From Podarcis gaigeae (taxonomy: Eukaryota), in NCBI GenBank assembly GCA_964106915.2, contig OZ066923.1: DNA of 64,000 nt. One strand, written 5' to 3'. A program made the translations under genes and the position numbers. Within the stretch, counting starts at the first letter, position 1; each line of letters starts with the position of its first letter. This document shows positions 26,605 to 40,144 of this stretch, piece after piece. The notes under the pieces were generated by a model. It made no database searches. It was not told where the DNA came from and saw only the letters and a list, made by a program, of their open reading frames with translations.

Positions 26605-27442
26605 ACATACATAATTAGGATGTAACAAAAGCTGTTGTGAATCAGACCAGCAGTATGGCTGGTTCAGCATCCTGATTCCTGCAGTGGCCAACCAAATGCC
26701 TCTGGGAAGGCCATAAGCAAGGCTGCCAGCAGCTGATATTTTGGTGCAAACGGTCTATGAACCTCAAGGCTACATATAGCCATTGTGACCAGTAACCACT
26801 AACAGCCTTATTTTTCATGTTATCTGTCCAATCCCATTTTACAGCCATCGGGATATTGTCCATTACCAAATCCTGTGGCAGTGAGTTTCATAAAACAATT
26901 GCTTGATCCATGAAGAAGTGTTTCCTTTTGTCTGTCCTGAATCTCCTGCATCATTGAATGAGCACAACGAAAGGGAGGAAAATATCGATCCACTTTCTCC
27001 TAACCATGCTCTTCTGTCATGTCCCTCCATACTTGCCTTTATTCTAAACGAAAAAGCTCCAAAGGTTGTAACCTTCCCACATAGGGGAATTGATCATTTT
27101 GGTTGCCGTTTTTTCGAACCTTTTCCAACTCTACAATATCCTTTCTGAGGAGATATGAGGTAGCCAGAAATGAACACAGTATTCCAAGTGAAGTTGCACC
27201 ATAGATTTGTATAAAGGCATTATGATATTGACAGTTTTATTTTCAATTTCTTTCCTAATGACCCCTAGCATAGAATTCACTCTTTTCACAGCTGGTGCAC
27301 ACTCGGTCAATGTCTGAACTGAGCTACCCAGCAAGGCTATAGGTTCTTGTTCCTGGCAAGTCACTGTCAGTTCAGACTTCATGAGTGTATATGTGAAATT
27401 AGGGCTTTGGGCCCAATGTGCATCACTTCACACTTGCTTACA
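26605..27442 (-). mobile_element. CR1 LINE, 3' part of ORF2 plus 3'UTR
   Basis: Starts at SKCEVMHIG; includes PLYKSMVQLHLEYCVHFW; CR1 3' end near 26605-26700. Confidence 0.85.
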
Positions 27443-27445
27443 GGG

Positions 27446-27757
27446 AAAGTACCTCACCAAAGACTTCTGAAGAAGCTTAGCAATCATGGAAAAAGAGGTG
27501 AGATCCTTTTGTGGTTCAGGGACTGGTTAAATAACAGGAAGCACAGAGTGGGAATAACTCGATAATTCTCCTGACTGAAAAAAGTGGAGTCACCCAATGA
27601 TTGCTATTGGGACCTGCGTTTTATAACGTGTCCAAAAACTATCTTAGGGCTGAGCGGTGATATAGCCAAGTTTGCTGATGATACCAAATTGTTCAGGATG
27701 GTTAAAGCAAAATGAGACTGCAAGGAGCTGCAAAAAGATCTCTCCATACTGGGTGAA
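27446..27757 (+). mobile_element. CR1 RT segment, inverted relative to the rest of the element
   Basis: KVPHQRLLKKL...WFRDWL...FADDTKLF...LQKDLSILGE. Confidence 0.85.
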
Positions 27758-27787
27758 TGCGGCCACGATGATCTCTCCATACTGGGT

Positions 27788-29256
27788 AGATGCTGCCACA
27801 ATGGCCAACTATCGCCCAGTCTCAAATCTTCCATTTTTGGACAAGGTGATTGAGCGAGTGGTTGCTGAACAACTCCAGGCACGCCTGGAAGAAGCGGAGC
27901 ATTTGGATCCCTTCCAGTCGGGATTCAGGCCTCATCATGGGACTGAAACTGCCTTGGTCGCACTGGTTGATGATCTCCGGCAGGCTAGGGACAAAGGTGA
28001 GAGCTGTTTCCTAGTTCTGCTAGATCTCTCAGCGGCGTTTGATACCATCGACCATAACATCCATCTGGACCGTCTTGAGGGGCTGGGACCTGGGGGCACT
28101 GTCATACAGTGGTTCCGCTCCTTCCTCCTGGGCCGCGTTCAGAAAGTGGTGGTGGGGGATGAGTGTTCAGACCCCTGGGTTCTCACTTGTGGGGTGCCTC
28201 TGGGTTCTGTCCTCTCCACCATGCTTTCTAACATCTACATGCAGCCGCTGGGAGAGATCAACAGGGGGTTTGGGCTGGGTGTTCATCAGTATGTGGATGA
28301 TACCCAGCTCTACCTCTCTTTTAAATCAGAACCAGTGAAGGCGGTGAAGGTCCTGTGTGAGTGTCTGGAGGCGGTTGGAGGATGAATGGCGGCTAACAGA
28401 TTGAGGTTGAATCCTGACAAGACAGAAGTACTGTTTTGGGGGGACAGGAGGCGGGCAGGTGTGGAAGATTCCCTGGTCCAGAATGGGGTAACTGTGCCCC
28501 TGAAAGACCAGGTGCGCAGCCTGGGAGTCGTTTTGGACTCACAGCTGTCCATGGAGGCACAGGTCAAATCTGTATCCAGGGCAGCTGTTTACCAGCTCCA
28601 TCTGGTATGTAGGCTGAGACCCTATCTGCCTGCGGACTGCCTTGCAAGAGTGGTGCATGCTCTGGTTATCTCCTGCTTGGACTACTGCAATGCGCTCTAC
28701 ATGGGGCTACCTTTGAAGGTGACTCGGAAACTACAACTAATCCAGAATGTGGCTGCTAGACTGGTGACTGGGAGTGGCCTTCGAGACCATATAACACCGG
28801 TCTTGAAAGACCTACATTGGCTCCCAGTACGTTTCTGAGCACAATTCAAAGTGTTGGTGCTGGCCTTTAAAGCACTAAACAGCCTCGGTCCAGTATATCT
28901 GAAGGAGCGTCTCCACCCCCATCGTTCTGCCTGGACACTGAGGTCCAGCACCAAGGGCCTTCTGGCGGTTCCCTCACTGCGAGAAGCCAAGTTACAGGGA
29001 ATCAGGCAGAGGGCCTTCTCGGTAGTGGTGCCCTCCCTATGGAACACCCTCCCACCAGATGTCAGAGAGAACAACAACTACCAGACTTTTAGAAGACATC
29101 TGAAGGCAGCCCTATTTAGGGAAGCTTTTAATGTTTGATGTATTACAGTATTTTAATTTTTTTTTTTTGGAAGCCACCCAGAGTGGCTGGGGAAGTCCAG
29201 CCAGATGGGTGGGGTATAAATAATAAATTATTATTGTTGTTGTTATTATTATTATT
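27788..29256 (+). mobile_element. L2 LINE, 5'-truncated, RT domain to tail, inactivated
   Basis: NYRPVSNLPFL, QSGFRPHHGTETAL, LDLSAAFDTIDH, YVDDTQLY and HITPVLKDLHWLPV motifs; stops at 28383-28385 and 28836-28838; (TTA)n tail. Confidence 0.95.
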
Positions 29257-29273
29257 AAATGGCAAATGCAATT

Positions 29274-29400
29274 GTCAAAGTATCATTGAAAGTCTACAGG
29301 ACCACCTCTATCAATATGCTTGTTGACACTTTCAAAGAACTCTAATGGTTAGTGTGACAGGACTTGACCTTGCAAGAAACCATGCTGGTTCTGCTTCAGT
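29274..29400 (-). mobile_element. CR1 RT segment, 5' part of the 26605 element
   Basis: Minus strand NQHGF...LEFFESVNKHIDRG...tttgac, directly preceding KVPH in the CR1 RT. Confidence 0.8.
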
Positions 29401-30344
29401 TAACAACAAATTTCAATTCCCAGAGAGCCCTGGGGATTGTGTCTCTGTGAAGGGAATAGGGGTCTCCTCAGCACCCTTAACAAACTACAGTTCTCAGGAT
29501 TCCTTAGAGGAAGTCATGATTGTTTAAGGTGATGATACTGATTTAGAAGTATAGTGCAGATGGGACCTTTGTTAGTTTACTTAAACTAAATGCTGAAAAT
29601 TCTAAATCATACCACAAACACTTCATTGCTGTTCCTTTATATCTCTTCAGTAAACCCTCACAGAGGAGCCACTGTCCAACTCTTTTAAGACAGTGAAGTA
29701 CCAGCAGATACAGATGTCTTGTAAAGCCTGGTAGCCAGGCAGGCCATTTCACACACAAGATGGCAATAAAATCAGATTTCCTACCATGTGACTACTCAAA
29801 GAACCTTGGATAATCTCTCTAATGGGTGTCTCCAAACAAAACATATGTTTTCAAACATTCACAGTTCATGATATTACATCTCAGCATGTAATATAAAATT
29901 TATATTAAAAATTATAAGGTGTGAAAAAGGCCCAGAGGCAGGACACAATCTACTGTGCATTATATATTTCACAGCGCGTGAAATCCATGTTAACCAGGCT
30001 CTGGATTGGAGTTGCCATGTAAGTTGCCTTATATGTTTCAACATGTTGAGCAAAAGGTTTTAATTAAGAGACTGTGTGGTCTTGGTTGACTGTATGATAT
30101 GTCTGAATGACTCTTGCTACCCCTGGTCAAATATTGCAAAGCCATTAATAATATCAGGACAAATAGAGGAGATCATGTGCAAAGGTTTTGGCTGATTACA
30201 TAATAGAATATGCCAGAAAGTAAAGCAAGTCAAGGCTGTCTTGGTATTTAAGGTCCTGTGAAAAAAGTGAAGGGGGTTAGTCATGCCAGAACCAGGGCTG
30301 AGCTTGCCAAGAGCTTCTTTAAGTAACTTTTGCCAACATGACAC

Positions 30345-30640
30345 TATCAATCAATCAAATGTTTATTACGGCTGACTGACCATTAAACAAAGTACAAAAT
30401 ATGAACCAGTACAAAAATCACAGCCTCAGTGGAACCCATTATTATTTAGGGCGACAAAACCAGGAGCTAACTTTCACAGCAGGTCTAAGAAATACCACAG
30501 CATTCAGAGACATTGCCACCTGTTCAGTAACAGATTTATTGGAATCCTCAAGGAAGGCACACAAAAGAATCTCTAAGGCCGCCTCCTAATAAGGTGATAC
30601 ATTATGTGTTCTCTAACCCTTTGATAACGTCCACAGTAGG
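30345..30640 (-). mobile_element. Unclassified LINE 3' end
   Basis: Minus strand ...CCGTAATAAACATTTGATTGATTGAT: polyA-like signal followed by a (TTGA)n tail. Confidence 0.4.
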
Positions 30641-33600
30641 TGAACATGAGAGATTGCTTCAAGCTCCAAGTGGCTGCAAGGGCAGCACTGATCCATGACA
30701 CTAAATAAGGCATGGAGGACAAACTCAGCACAACAAATGATGGTTAAGGATTCTAACCTTAAGTAACTCAGTCCCCCTCTTGTACCTTTTAACTATTTTC
30801 ACCTGACACACAGTCTTTAAATCTTGTCGCTCAGCAGCTACCCCTCACAGAAAATTGCCATTATAATTTATATATTTCTGCCAGACTTCATGGCATGCAC
30901 ACATGTAAATAACCCCAAGTACTTGTACTGAGGTCCCTACTCCACCTATTATTCCACATTACTTTCAGATTCGAAAAGTGACCACCAACACTGCCTCAAG
31001 AAGACTATTTAAACAAAATAAATGAGAAATGGTTGAGAAAAAGCAGCGATAAATGCAAGCCTACATGACCGCAACATTGCCTCTTGCTGGTCTTTTTTGT
31101 TTTTCTTCTCTGCAAGGTTCAAATTCCTCCATATAAACTTTCTTCCTGGATACTACTGGAAAAGTGTAATGGTGGCTCTCATTACCGGAATTCTTGCTCA
31201 GTCAGGCTTTGGGACATGCTGACAAACTCAAGAGTCCTACCGATTCAGTATTCTAAAAGGGTCATCAGTTCCAGCATAAGCAAGATCCACTTTTCTTTCT
31301 TTCCTGAAATTTTGTATGGTCAAAAGCAAAACAAACAAACAAACAAACATACGCTGCATTGTTTCAAGCAGCATACATGTGGATAGTTTTTAGATGACGG
31401 AGGGGTTCAGGTACCTATGAAAGCAACTGTAAGCATGAATATTTCTATGTACATCTGACCTCCGCAGGTGATGATGGGCAGCAGAGGCAGCCCTCTGGCC
31501 ATTCCCATTTGATAGAGGGCAGAGCTGTGTATGCTGCACAACATGCCATTGCCCCCTTAAACTAACCCATGGCCTAGGGCAGTGGTATCTTTTCAAAGAG
31601 GGACTCATTTGATGAAGTGAAGGGCCGTAAGGGCCGACCAAACGTGTTGACCTTTTCTTAGGGTTGAAGTTGTTGAGCTTTTTCAAGGATTGAAGTTGCT
31701 GAGGTTTCTTTAGGATTTTACCCCAGGAAATAAACTGCCATGGGGGCTGGATTAAACCAACCAGGGGCCCAGATTAGGGCCCCCGAGGCGGACTTTGGAC
31801 AGGCCTGGCCTAGGGTATAGTGGAGGATGCCATCCTATTACAAATACTGAAGTAAGATTCAACTGACAAAAGCTTCTGTATATGGAATGGGGTGGTGAGC
31901 CCCATCTTGTCCTTTGCTTTAGGCAGTAAAATATCTCATACAAGACACAATGGATCCCTCTGTTCCTCAAATACTGATGTCTATTGCATCATGGGTATAG
32001 AGGAGGCACCTTGATGCTGGGAACGGGGACCAACCCAATGAGGAGTTTCAAGGATGGTAAGTAAGGAAGCGTGTTCATCTGAGCAACATAAAACTGGTGT
32101 CATTATATTAGCTACTTTCAATGGATTTGAATAGAGAATCAAAATATCAAAGTTTGGAGGAGGTCAGTCATAATTATTAGGGATTTTTATGGTCTTGTTG
32201 ACAAGAAAGCCAACAGTCAAATGACGTCATGGATGGATTCAGGCAGTGCCGAGTGCTGAATATCAGAGAAACCAAAATCTGCCCAGTTCTTTTATGAAAT
32301 TCCTTTTTCTGTTCAAGGAAGCATGTGTTAGATCATTCTTCCTGCTCAGTGCCAAGTCTTTAACTCCAACTTGTGATTTTCATTTTTAAAGCCAGCAGTG
32401 CCTCAGAAGATTTGCTTTAAGCACACAGATGACTTTTGTAACTGGAAAAATGCATTTCATTTTGTAAAAATGAAAACTTCTATGGTTGCTTTTAGATTTA
32501 CGCTAGGTTTGTTGAATGAATGAATCAAGTATTCATTAATTTGCTTCTGACCCACTTTCCAAAGGACTATTGTCCCCTTTCTTACAAGTAAATACCTATT
32601 ATGTTGCTGACTTTCCACTGTTTCCCCAGATTGGTGAATAGGATCCATCATGGGTGGAGCAAGAGATGTTATTTTATGGGGAAATGGTAACAAGACCTTG
32701 AAAAAACAAATTAATGATAAAAATGTGTTATTTCCTTTATAGATTTGTGAGAAAACTATTATCTTCCTCTAGAAATGGAATGGTCAGACGTCATCTTTAG
32801 AAAGCAATGTTTCTAACCTGGCAGGCACCTTTCTTAGTGGAATGAATTTTCCCTAGCTAGTCTGCTACATCTGGGTGATCTGTAGGAGGGCAGAGGCTCT
32901 GGTCAATGAATAACTTGGCTGGGATCATCTCTCCCCCCACCTCTCAATGAAGTTGGTATTTCCTGGTACAGTGGAGAGAATGTTGAGTATAGACCTGGGC
33001 TCAAATTCCCTCTGAACCTTCAAGTTCACTGGTGGCCTTGAACCATTTCTCTGCCTAGTGTACTTCTGAGGACAACGTACCGTAAACCTGAGTATGTTGC
33101 TTGAGTTCTTGAGATAAGAGGCAGAACACCAAAGCGAAACACGTGAAGGCCCCTTCCTACAACTGGTTATTTTAAAGGTGTGCGATTTATCTTGATCACA
33201 TGCAAAATACTAGGAAAAGAGAATCAGCTATTATAATTTGTCGCAGTCAGGTGAAATCTACAGAGTTGCTTGCAAAGTTCTCCTGAGCCAGGCTCTGTTA
33301 AAAACCCAGAGTTAGTAAAAGCCAGCCTCAAATGCGAGGTGAGCTTTTAATTCTTGCTTCAATCCTTCCCCAGCTAGGATCAAAATCTGAGCTAGAGAAG
33401 AATTCCCAATTTTCCTTCCACACCAGCTCTTCACTGTCTCCCAAAGCCCTCCTTGTTTCTCATACATGACAATTCATAGCGGAAGCACATAGGGAGAGAA
33501 AGGGTTGCTCGCTATTGTTCAGCCTCTTTGTCATGGTGAATGTCTGTAGGTTTCTGAAATTGTGCTATTGCTAAAACATCACATGAGAAGAAAAGAGGAC

Positions 33601-34463
33601 AAATCTCCTTGTCCCACAATTGTGCCACTATTTACCCCACTGATCATCAAGGAAGAGAAAGCCAGGGTGTGTTTTAGAGTATGTGAGAGGCTGATGGGGA
33701 GTTCATTTATTCAAGCTCATAAAATTGTGTCATCCCTGAGGGTTGGAGAGCTGTGTATGAGAGAAGATAATTTCTGAGTTAAATTCAATGACTATTTCAG
33801 AGTTAAATTTGAGGAGAGCAAGAGACAGCTTGCTATTCTGAACAGATTAGTTGAGCATTCCCTCTTATCCTACTTTGGATCCCAGGATCCATTTTATATA
33901 CCAGCTTTATATTTAATTCCTTTTTTTTTTTTAACCCTGACTTGTTATTTATTTGCATGCTTGCTAGCCATGCACCCCTGCTGGGTCAAATCTAGTGCAT
34001 CAGTTATAGATCTGTAGCATGATTATAAGAGAGGAAATAATAAAAAGCACAAACGTCAAAATCCTGTCTTGAATACCTGTGGTTCCTTCTGAAAAAGACA
34101 TAAGATTTCAGGTAATTTCCCAGCTGTTTGGGCCCCAAGGGCCAACAGGCTCAGATACAAAGCTTTATACTGGTTGTCAGGCATCTTATTGTGAGCTTGG
34201 AAAGCCACAATTTCACCATGCCATGGAATTTGGGAGACCAAACAGCTTGCTTTAGCAGCAAAATGGAATGCTGTTCAAAGAGAGAAGAGAGGAATAACTT
34301 GGAAACGTCTGATGCTACTTGGCAACCAGTTTGAGATTGCTTTACTCAGTGAAATATGACTTGTCCTTTATCACCTAGCTGCTCATGGCCAAGTTTTCCT
34401 TCTGCATTTTACATCTTTCTTTGGTTCACCCTGCCTGTTGTATCTTTGGATAATTTTCTCAAC

Positions 34464-34466
<3 letters not shown>

Positions 34467-34516
<50 letters not shown>
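34467..34516. repeat. (CT)25 microsatellite
   Basis: Direct read. Confidence 0.95.
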
Positions 34517-34520
<4 letters not shown>

Positions 34521-35030
34521 GTAATATTCCTCTCTCTTTAGTTGTGCATAGGTTTGCATATAAATCAAGCCTTTCAGTGCCATAGAGGCTAAGAGGCTGA
34601 ACCATGGAATACGTAGTCTCTGCTTGAAGTCTTGCATCTTACCAGGTGGCCTTGAACAAGCTGCTACTGCTTAGCCATAGTCTCTAGTATGAGAAGAATA
34701 TGGGGACATAGGAAGCCATCTGGCCTGACCACTATATCTAGCATTATATTGCCTACACCACAGGTAGCCAATGAGCCCTCTGGATGTATTGAACTACAAC
34801 TCCAATCAGCCCTAGCCAGCATGACCAGTGGACAAAAAGGATAGAATTTGCAGTCCAGCAACATCCATCCCTTCAGGATCTAAACATGCAGTGAAGTCAT
34901 CAAAGGTGTCAACTCCACCCAGATTCCTAGGGTCCACAGTTCAGTCTCCTGCTGGGGTGTTGTGAATCTTTACTGCTAAGTATCTAATGTTGAGATGATC
35001 TTTCTCCCTCTTTAATGGGGCCCTTCACCC

Positions 35031-35634
35031 CAGCGGTGGAGCATATGCCCCTGCTGCCCAGGGCGGGTGTGCTCCTGAAGGGTGTGGGGTGTGGGGGGTG
35101 CCCTCCCACATGCCACAGTTCAGGGTAGGAGAGGGGCAGGGAAGCTGAAGAAGAAGAGTTTGGATTTGATATCCCGCTTTATCACTACCCGAAGGAGTCT
35201 CAAAGCGGCTAACATTCTCCTTTCCCTTCCTCCCCCACAACAAACACTCTGTGAGGTGAGTGGGGCTGAGAGACTTCAAAGAAGCATGACTGGCCCAAGG
35301 TCACCCAGCAGCTGCATGTGGAGGAGCGGAGACGCGAACCCGGTTCCCCAGATTGCATGTCTATCGCTCTTAACCACTACACCACACTGGCTCTCGCTGC
35401 TGCTCACTCTCCTCCTGCTCTCCTCAGCCGGGTCAGACATGACCCAGCAATGGAGCTGCTGCGGCTGGGTGCACCTCACCATGGTTGAGGAGGGCTGCTC
35501 TTGGCCGTTGGGTCAGAAGAACAGCTGCCGCCCAGTGCAAGGTGTGCCACCCACTCGCCTGCCATTTTGTCACCCCCCTCAGTCATGACACCCGGGGCGG
35601 ACCGCACCCACCGCACCCCCTTCCTATGCCTCTG
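35031..35634. mobile_element. GC-rich hAT-like element with a nested SINE
   Basis: CAGCGG...GCCTCTG ends; imperfect 8-bp TSD cttcaccc/cctcactc. Confidence 0.5.
35147..35395 (-). mobile_element. Squam3-like SINE, young
   Basis: Same head and (CTT)n tail as the 25974 copy. Confidence 0.85.
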
Positions 35635-36024
35635 CCTCACTCCCCATGAAGGGGGAGAATGTTCAGGAGGTTTGGGGAAGCAGGTGAATTTCTCTGATTT
35701 TTAAAAAGGAGTTTACACCAGAGATTGGAATTCCGTTGGCCTCTAGATGTTGTGGGACACTAACTGTCACCATCCTGCACCAGAATGGCCAATGGACAGG
35801 TAGCTGGTGACAGGACAGGTAGTTGATGGTAGCCGGAATACAACAATACCTAGAGAGCCCCAGGCTCCTCATTCATGGTTACAGGAAAGCAATTGGTTCG
35901 TTTTTTGTTTAATATATTTATATGCTGCTTAATATTTTAAACCATCCCTTAGCAGACAGAGTGCAATAGATATAACAATGAAACTGAGAAAATATAATTC
36001 AATGCAACTTCATATGAACCTACC

Positions 36025-36380
36025 TGGACCCTGCGATCAAAATGTGAGGTGGTTCTTGGTGTGCCTCCTCCACGACAACATCAGAGGGTGGCAAACCAAG
36101 AACAGGCCTTTCATGCAGTGGCTCCCTGTTTGTGGAATGCTGTCCCCAGGAAAGTTCAGCTGGAACCTTTGTTATACACCTTTAGGCGCCAGGCAAAAAT
36201 GTTCTTCAACTAGGCCTTTGGCTGATTAACACCTGATGCCCTTTTAAATAGATTGGGGGGGGCATTGGTTTGTTTTTGTTTTTATTATGCATTTTGTGTT
36301 TTTATATTGTATTTTTATGTTGTGAACTGGCCTGAGATCTATGGATGAAGGGTGGTATACAAACGTAAATAAGAATAAGA
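36025..36380 (+). mobile_element. Old L2 3' end
   Basis: AGAACAGGCCTTTCATGCAGTGGCTCCC..GTGGAATGC motif, then an AT-rich 3'UTR ending GGGTGGTATACAAA. Confidence 0.65.
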
Positions 36381-37167
36381 ATATTGCACAATATTACATC
36401 CCCCCTTTTTTACAGCCTTTCCACCTTTCATAGCAGAAGCAAGACTGCTCACAACACCTCCACAACCTTTCATGTGTCAGAATTCTCATGGAAGTTATGC
36501 TACATCATGACTTAGGTAACATTATAGGTTACAGGTAGCACAGAATGTACTGTATGATTGGCATAAGGAGAACATACATCAATGAGCCTTGGGCTCAAAT
36601 GCTATTCCCTCCTTTCCCTCCTTTCTCATAAGAATGGCACCAGAAGTGGTTTTATTAGATTAATTGCTGTTTAGTGTGTCATCTGACACCTTAACTGTTG
36701 CTAATATTAACTATGGTTAGTTGAAACAAGACAGCTTCATAAACTATGGTTTGGCTTATTTCAACTCACTAAAGTTAAGATTTACCACCGTTTGCCAGGA
36801 TTCAGTCACTATGATAATTTATGGTTAATCTAAAACAGAAGGGAAAGCTTTTGAACTCTTCCTTAAGGTCATACCACAGGAGGAAGCAGCAGCAGGTGGG
36901 GGAGCAAGCAAACCCAGGGGGAGGGTATGCGAATTCTCATAAATCCTATCTGAACCAGTCCAACGTCTCTGTACAAATCAGTGGCAAAACCTGACAGGTA
37001 TTAAATCTAAGCCATACCTTAACTGTTAGGCCATATTTTCTATTGTAGCTTTAAACTTAGCAAAGTGCTTAAATGAAAATATAGTGACCCCCATTTTCAG
37101 CAATCCTTGTCAGGGGGCACTAAAATGGGTGGGGAGGGGAATGCCTGTGGTTTTTTTTTTTAAAGGA

Positions 37168-37209
<42 letters not shown>
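37168..37209. repeat. (ATT)14 microsatellite
   Basis: Direct read. Confidence 0.95.
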
Positions 37210-37212
<3 letters not shown>

Positions 37213-39369
37213 CAAAAAACAACTCCATACATTAATGTTGCTTTTTTAAAAAGGAAACTTAATTCTTCCATTGTTTTAATTTCTTTCATTTACCTCATTG
37301 ATAAACTGTCCTTCATCCCACTGCAATCCCATAGGGGTTGAAACCCCCATGGGTTCACATCTTTTGATGTGAATCAGCCCATCACAAATTTAATAGGGTA
37401 AATTGAAGCCCTGTTCAGGAATTCCTGAATTTTTACATGAAATTCCAATGGGGTAAGAAGGAGGAACTGATGGGCACTGGTGCCATTGCTGCAGTACTTG
37501 TCACTCCACACACACTCCTACACCAGGGAGCCATCCTTACTCATATAGATTCAAAATGCAATCTAGAACTCTGGCCAGGGAGAATTCCCCTGCTCTTTAA
37601 AATACAGTCCTTTCAAGTAGAAGAAAAGAAATGGCTCAAAAGCAGCAGCAGTTCAGGGGAGCAATGGATGTGAGTGGAAAATATTGTGAAACAATGGGAA
37701 GCAGGATTTTTTTCTTTTCTTTTTTGCATTAAAAAAATACAGAGCACCATAAATTTTGCTGCAGTGCCACCTGAGATCTGATTGCAAGAGCCCTCTAACA
37801 GAAGATCAATTCCCCCCCCCCCCAGCCCACCTTATCCCAAGACCTCGGGGTGGGTAATGATTTAGAAGCTCTATATTAACAACCACTGATGCCTGGCAAA
37901 AAGAAACATGTGCTGAAACCCTCACATCCTCAAGGGCTTAGTGCCATCTCATATTCTCAGTGTTATCAGAATGTGGTTCCTGCCAAGACCAGCTTTATCA
38001 GTAGAATGGGAGCAGATGTCCAGTGTGCTTAATTAGAAGGTAGAATTCCGTCTCTCTTCGTTTTGACACCAGATACAATCATTTTCAGGATCTCTGCCTA
38101 CCCTAGCAAAACAATTATATTTGGGAGCTGAATTTTATGATACGGGATGGGGGCGGGGAGTGCAGATCAGTGATATTTCCATGGATGTTTTTATAAGTGG
38201 TGTGGGGCAGGAAATGGGGAGGAAAAGGCTACGATAAAGGAACCAGAAGAAAGAGTACCATATCCCATTTGCAATGTCAGGCACGCAGAGGGAAAAGATA
38301 AAATTCAGCTTTCCTAAAGGTAGCCTTACTTGTACACTTGAAAAACCACAGTACTGGATTTTTTCCTCTCCAGTGGCTAGGATGTCTCTTTGTCAGCCAA
38401 ATGATGGCCTTTCTCTAACCCTGAGCATGGACTGACTCAGATGGCAAAGTAAGGTCAACTGAATAAGCATTTCCTGAGCAGCTTGTTTTCCTTGGAGAAC
38501 TTCCACCCAAGCAGTAACTACTGGACCTGACCTTACATGGAACATTAATTTTATAGCTGGCAGCCATAAGGTGATACACCCCCAACTGCAGGATTCCGTC
38601 TAGTGGACAATGGACCTATGTCTATGTCACCACCCTCTCCCCTCCCCAAAAACCCCAAACCCCTACCAACAAAATAAGCACTAATTAATGAGTACACTTG
38701 TTGGCAGTGTTGGCGGAGAAACTAAAGAACAAAATGAGCATGTAGAATGAACTGCCATCACACCCCTAGAGATTGCCCCTCTGTGTCAGGGGTAAGGCCC
38801 ATTGGTGGAATGGTGGGTAGAAGCTCACACTGGCACTGCCCACAGCCCATGCAGCTAGACGTGCTCTATGAACAAACAGAGAACTTCATTCTCCCGGACA
38901 TTCAGTCCAGAAACTAGTATGTCCATTGCAATGACTCAAAGTTCCCAGGCACTTAATGCTTGAACACTGGTAAAAAGTTTGAATATCATGGCCGTCTATA
39001 GAGATAGAATGCATATAGGTTTCATTCATATGTCAGTGGCTTGGTGCAGGGAAATCTGTGCCCTTCCCAATGTTCCTGGAATGCAACTCCCATCAAGGGA
39101 GGGAGAGAAATTTGATTGAGTTTGCATTTAAGGCAGGTCTATCAAATTTGCATGTGGCCCTCGAGGGTTGGCCTAGGATGAATGTGGCACTCAGGTGATT
39201 AATAATGAAATAAATTGTTAATATTTTAATCCCCAAAATGTGTGGAGTTTCAAAACAGGTGGTGTGGGGATGTATGTCTGAATTATAATACCATAGCAAT
39301 CTCCAGTGCTTTTATTTTTTTCATCTAATATACACTTCAAAAGAGTACACAAGGGGAGTTGTAACTGTA

Positions 39370-39610
39370 CAGTGCTACCTCTGGTTATGAACTTAATTCA
39401 TTCCAGAGGTCCGTTCTTAAGCTGAAACTGGTCTTATCCTGAGGCCCGCTTTGCTAATGGGGTCTCCTGCTGCACGCACACCTCCGGCACACGATTTTCG
39501 TTCTCATCCTGGGGCAAAGTTCGCAACCAGGAGCAGCTACTTCTGGGTTAGTGGAGTTCGTAACCTGAAGCGTTTGTAACCAGAAGCGTTTGTAACCAGA
39601 GATACAACTG
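39370..39610 (+). mobile_element. Tc1/mariner (Tigger-like) MITE, diverged
   Basis: TA-CAGTGCTACCTC...GATACAACTG-TA; same body as the 1796 copy. Confidence 0.85.
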
Positions 39611-40060
39611 TACATCACACATAGGAATGAGGCTGCCATTACTCTCTTTTTCTCTATTTGGGTACATTTACAGAAAGATTTCAACACCCCAGGAGCACAA
39701 ATCAAGTAACGTTTTTGTCTATTATCCCATAGCTAAGATTTCAAACCTTGTCACCTTATTCATTTTGAGCCAGTAGTTCAACACTTCATTTTGACTTACT
39801 CATACTTAGCATACCAGTGATGTGAAATTGATTTAACTCGGCATCAGGAATACACCTTCTACCTTTTCAGTTATCACGTTGATTCCTGTGGTGGCAACTA
39901 AGACAGACCTCAGAAGTGAGGCCAAGCATTATAAAGAACCCCCTAAAGTTAGACAAGAGTTTTCTACTTGGGTATTCTCCCTGACAGTAAAATATCCATT
40001 GTTTGGACTTCAGTTTTAACCTCCCCACAAAGAGTGATGCTTTTTTATTTCTAATGAAGT

Positions 40061-40061
<1 letters not shown>

Positions 40062-40131
<70 letters not shown>
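40062..40131. repeat. Compound (GT)15(GA)20 microsatellite
   Basis: Direct read. Confidence 0.95.
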
Positions 40132-40134
<3 letters not shown>

Positions 40135-40144
40135 TCACAATCAT

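Noticed and set aside
27442-27757. Twin-priming 5' inversion of CR1
   Set aside because: The CR1 continues 5' at 29274-29400 in the original orientation, so the inversion is internal.
27672-29138. 237, 150 and 95 aa ORFs as a host gene or active reverse transcriptase
   Set aside because: 5'-truncated L2 ORF2 with in-frame stops; the start of the first ORF is CR1-derived.
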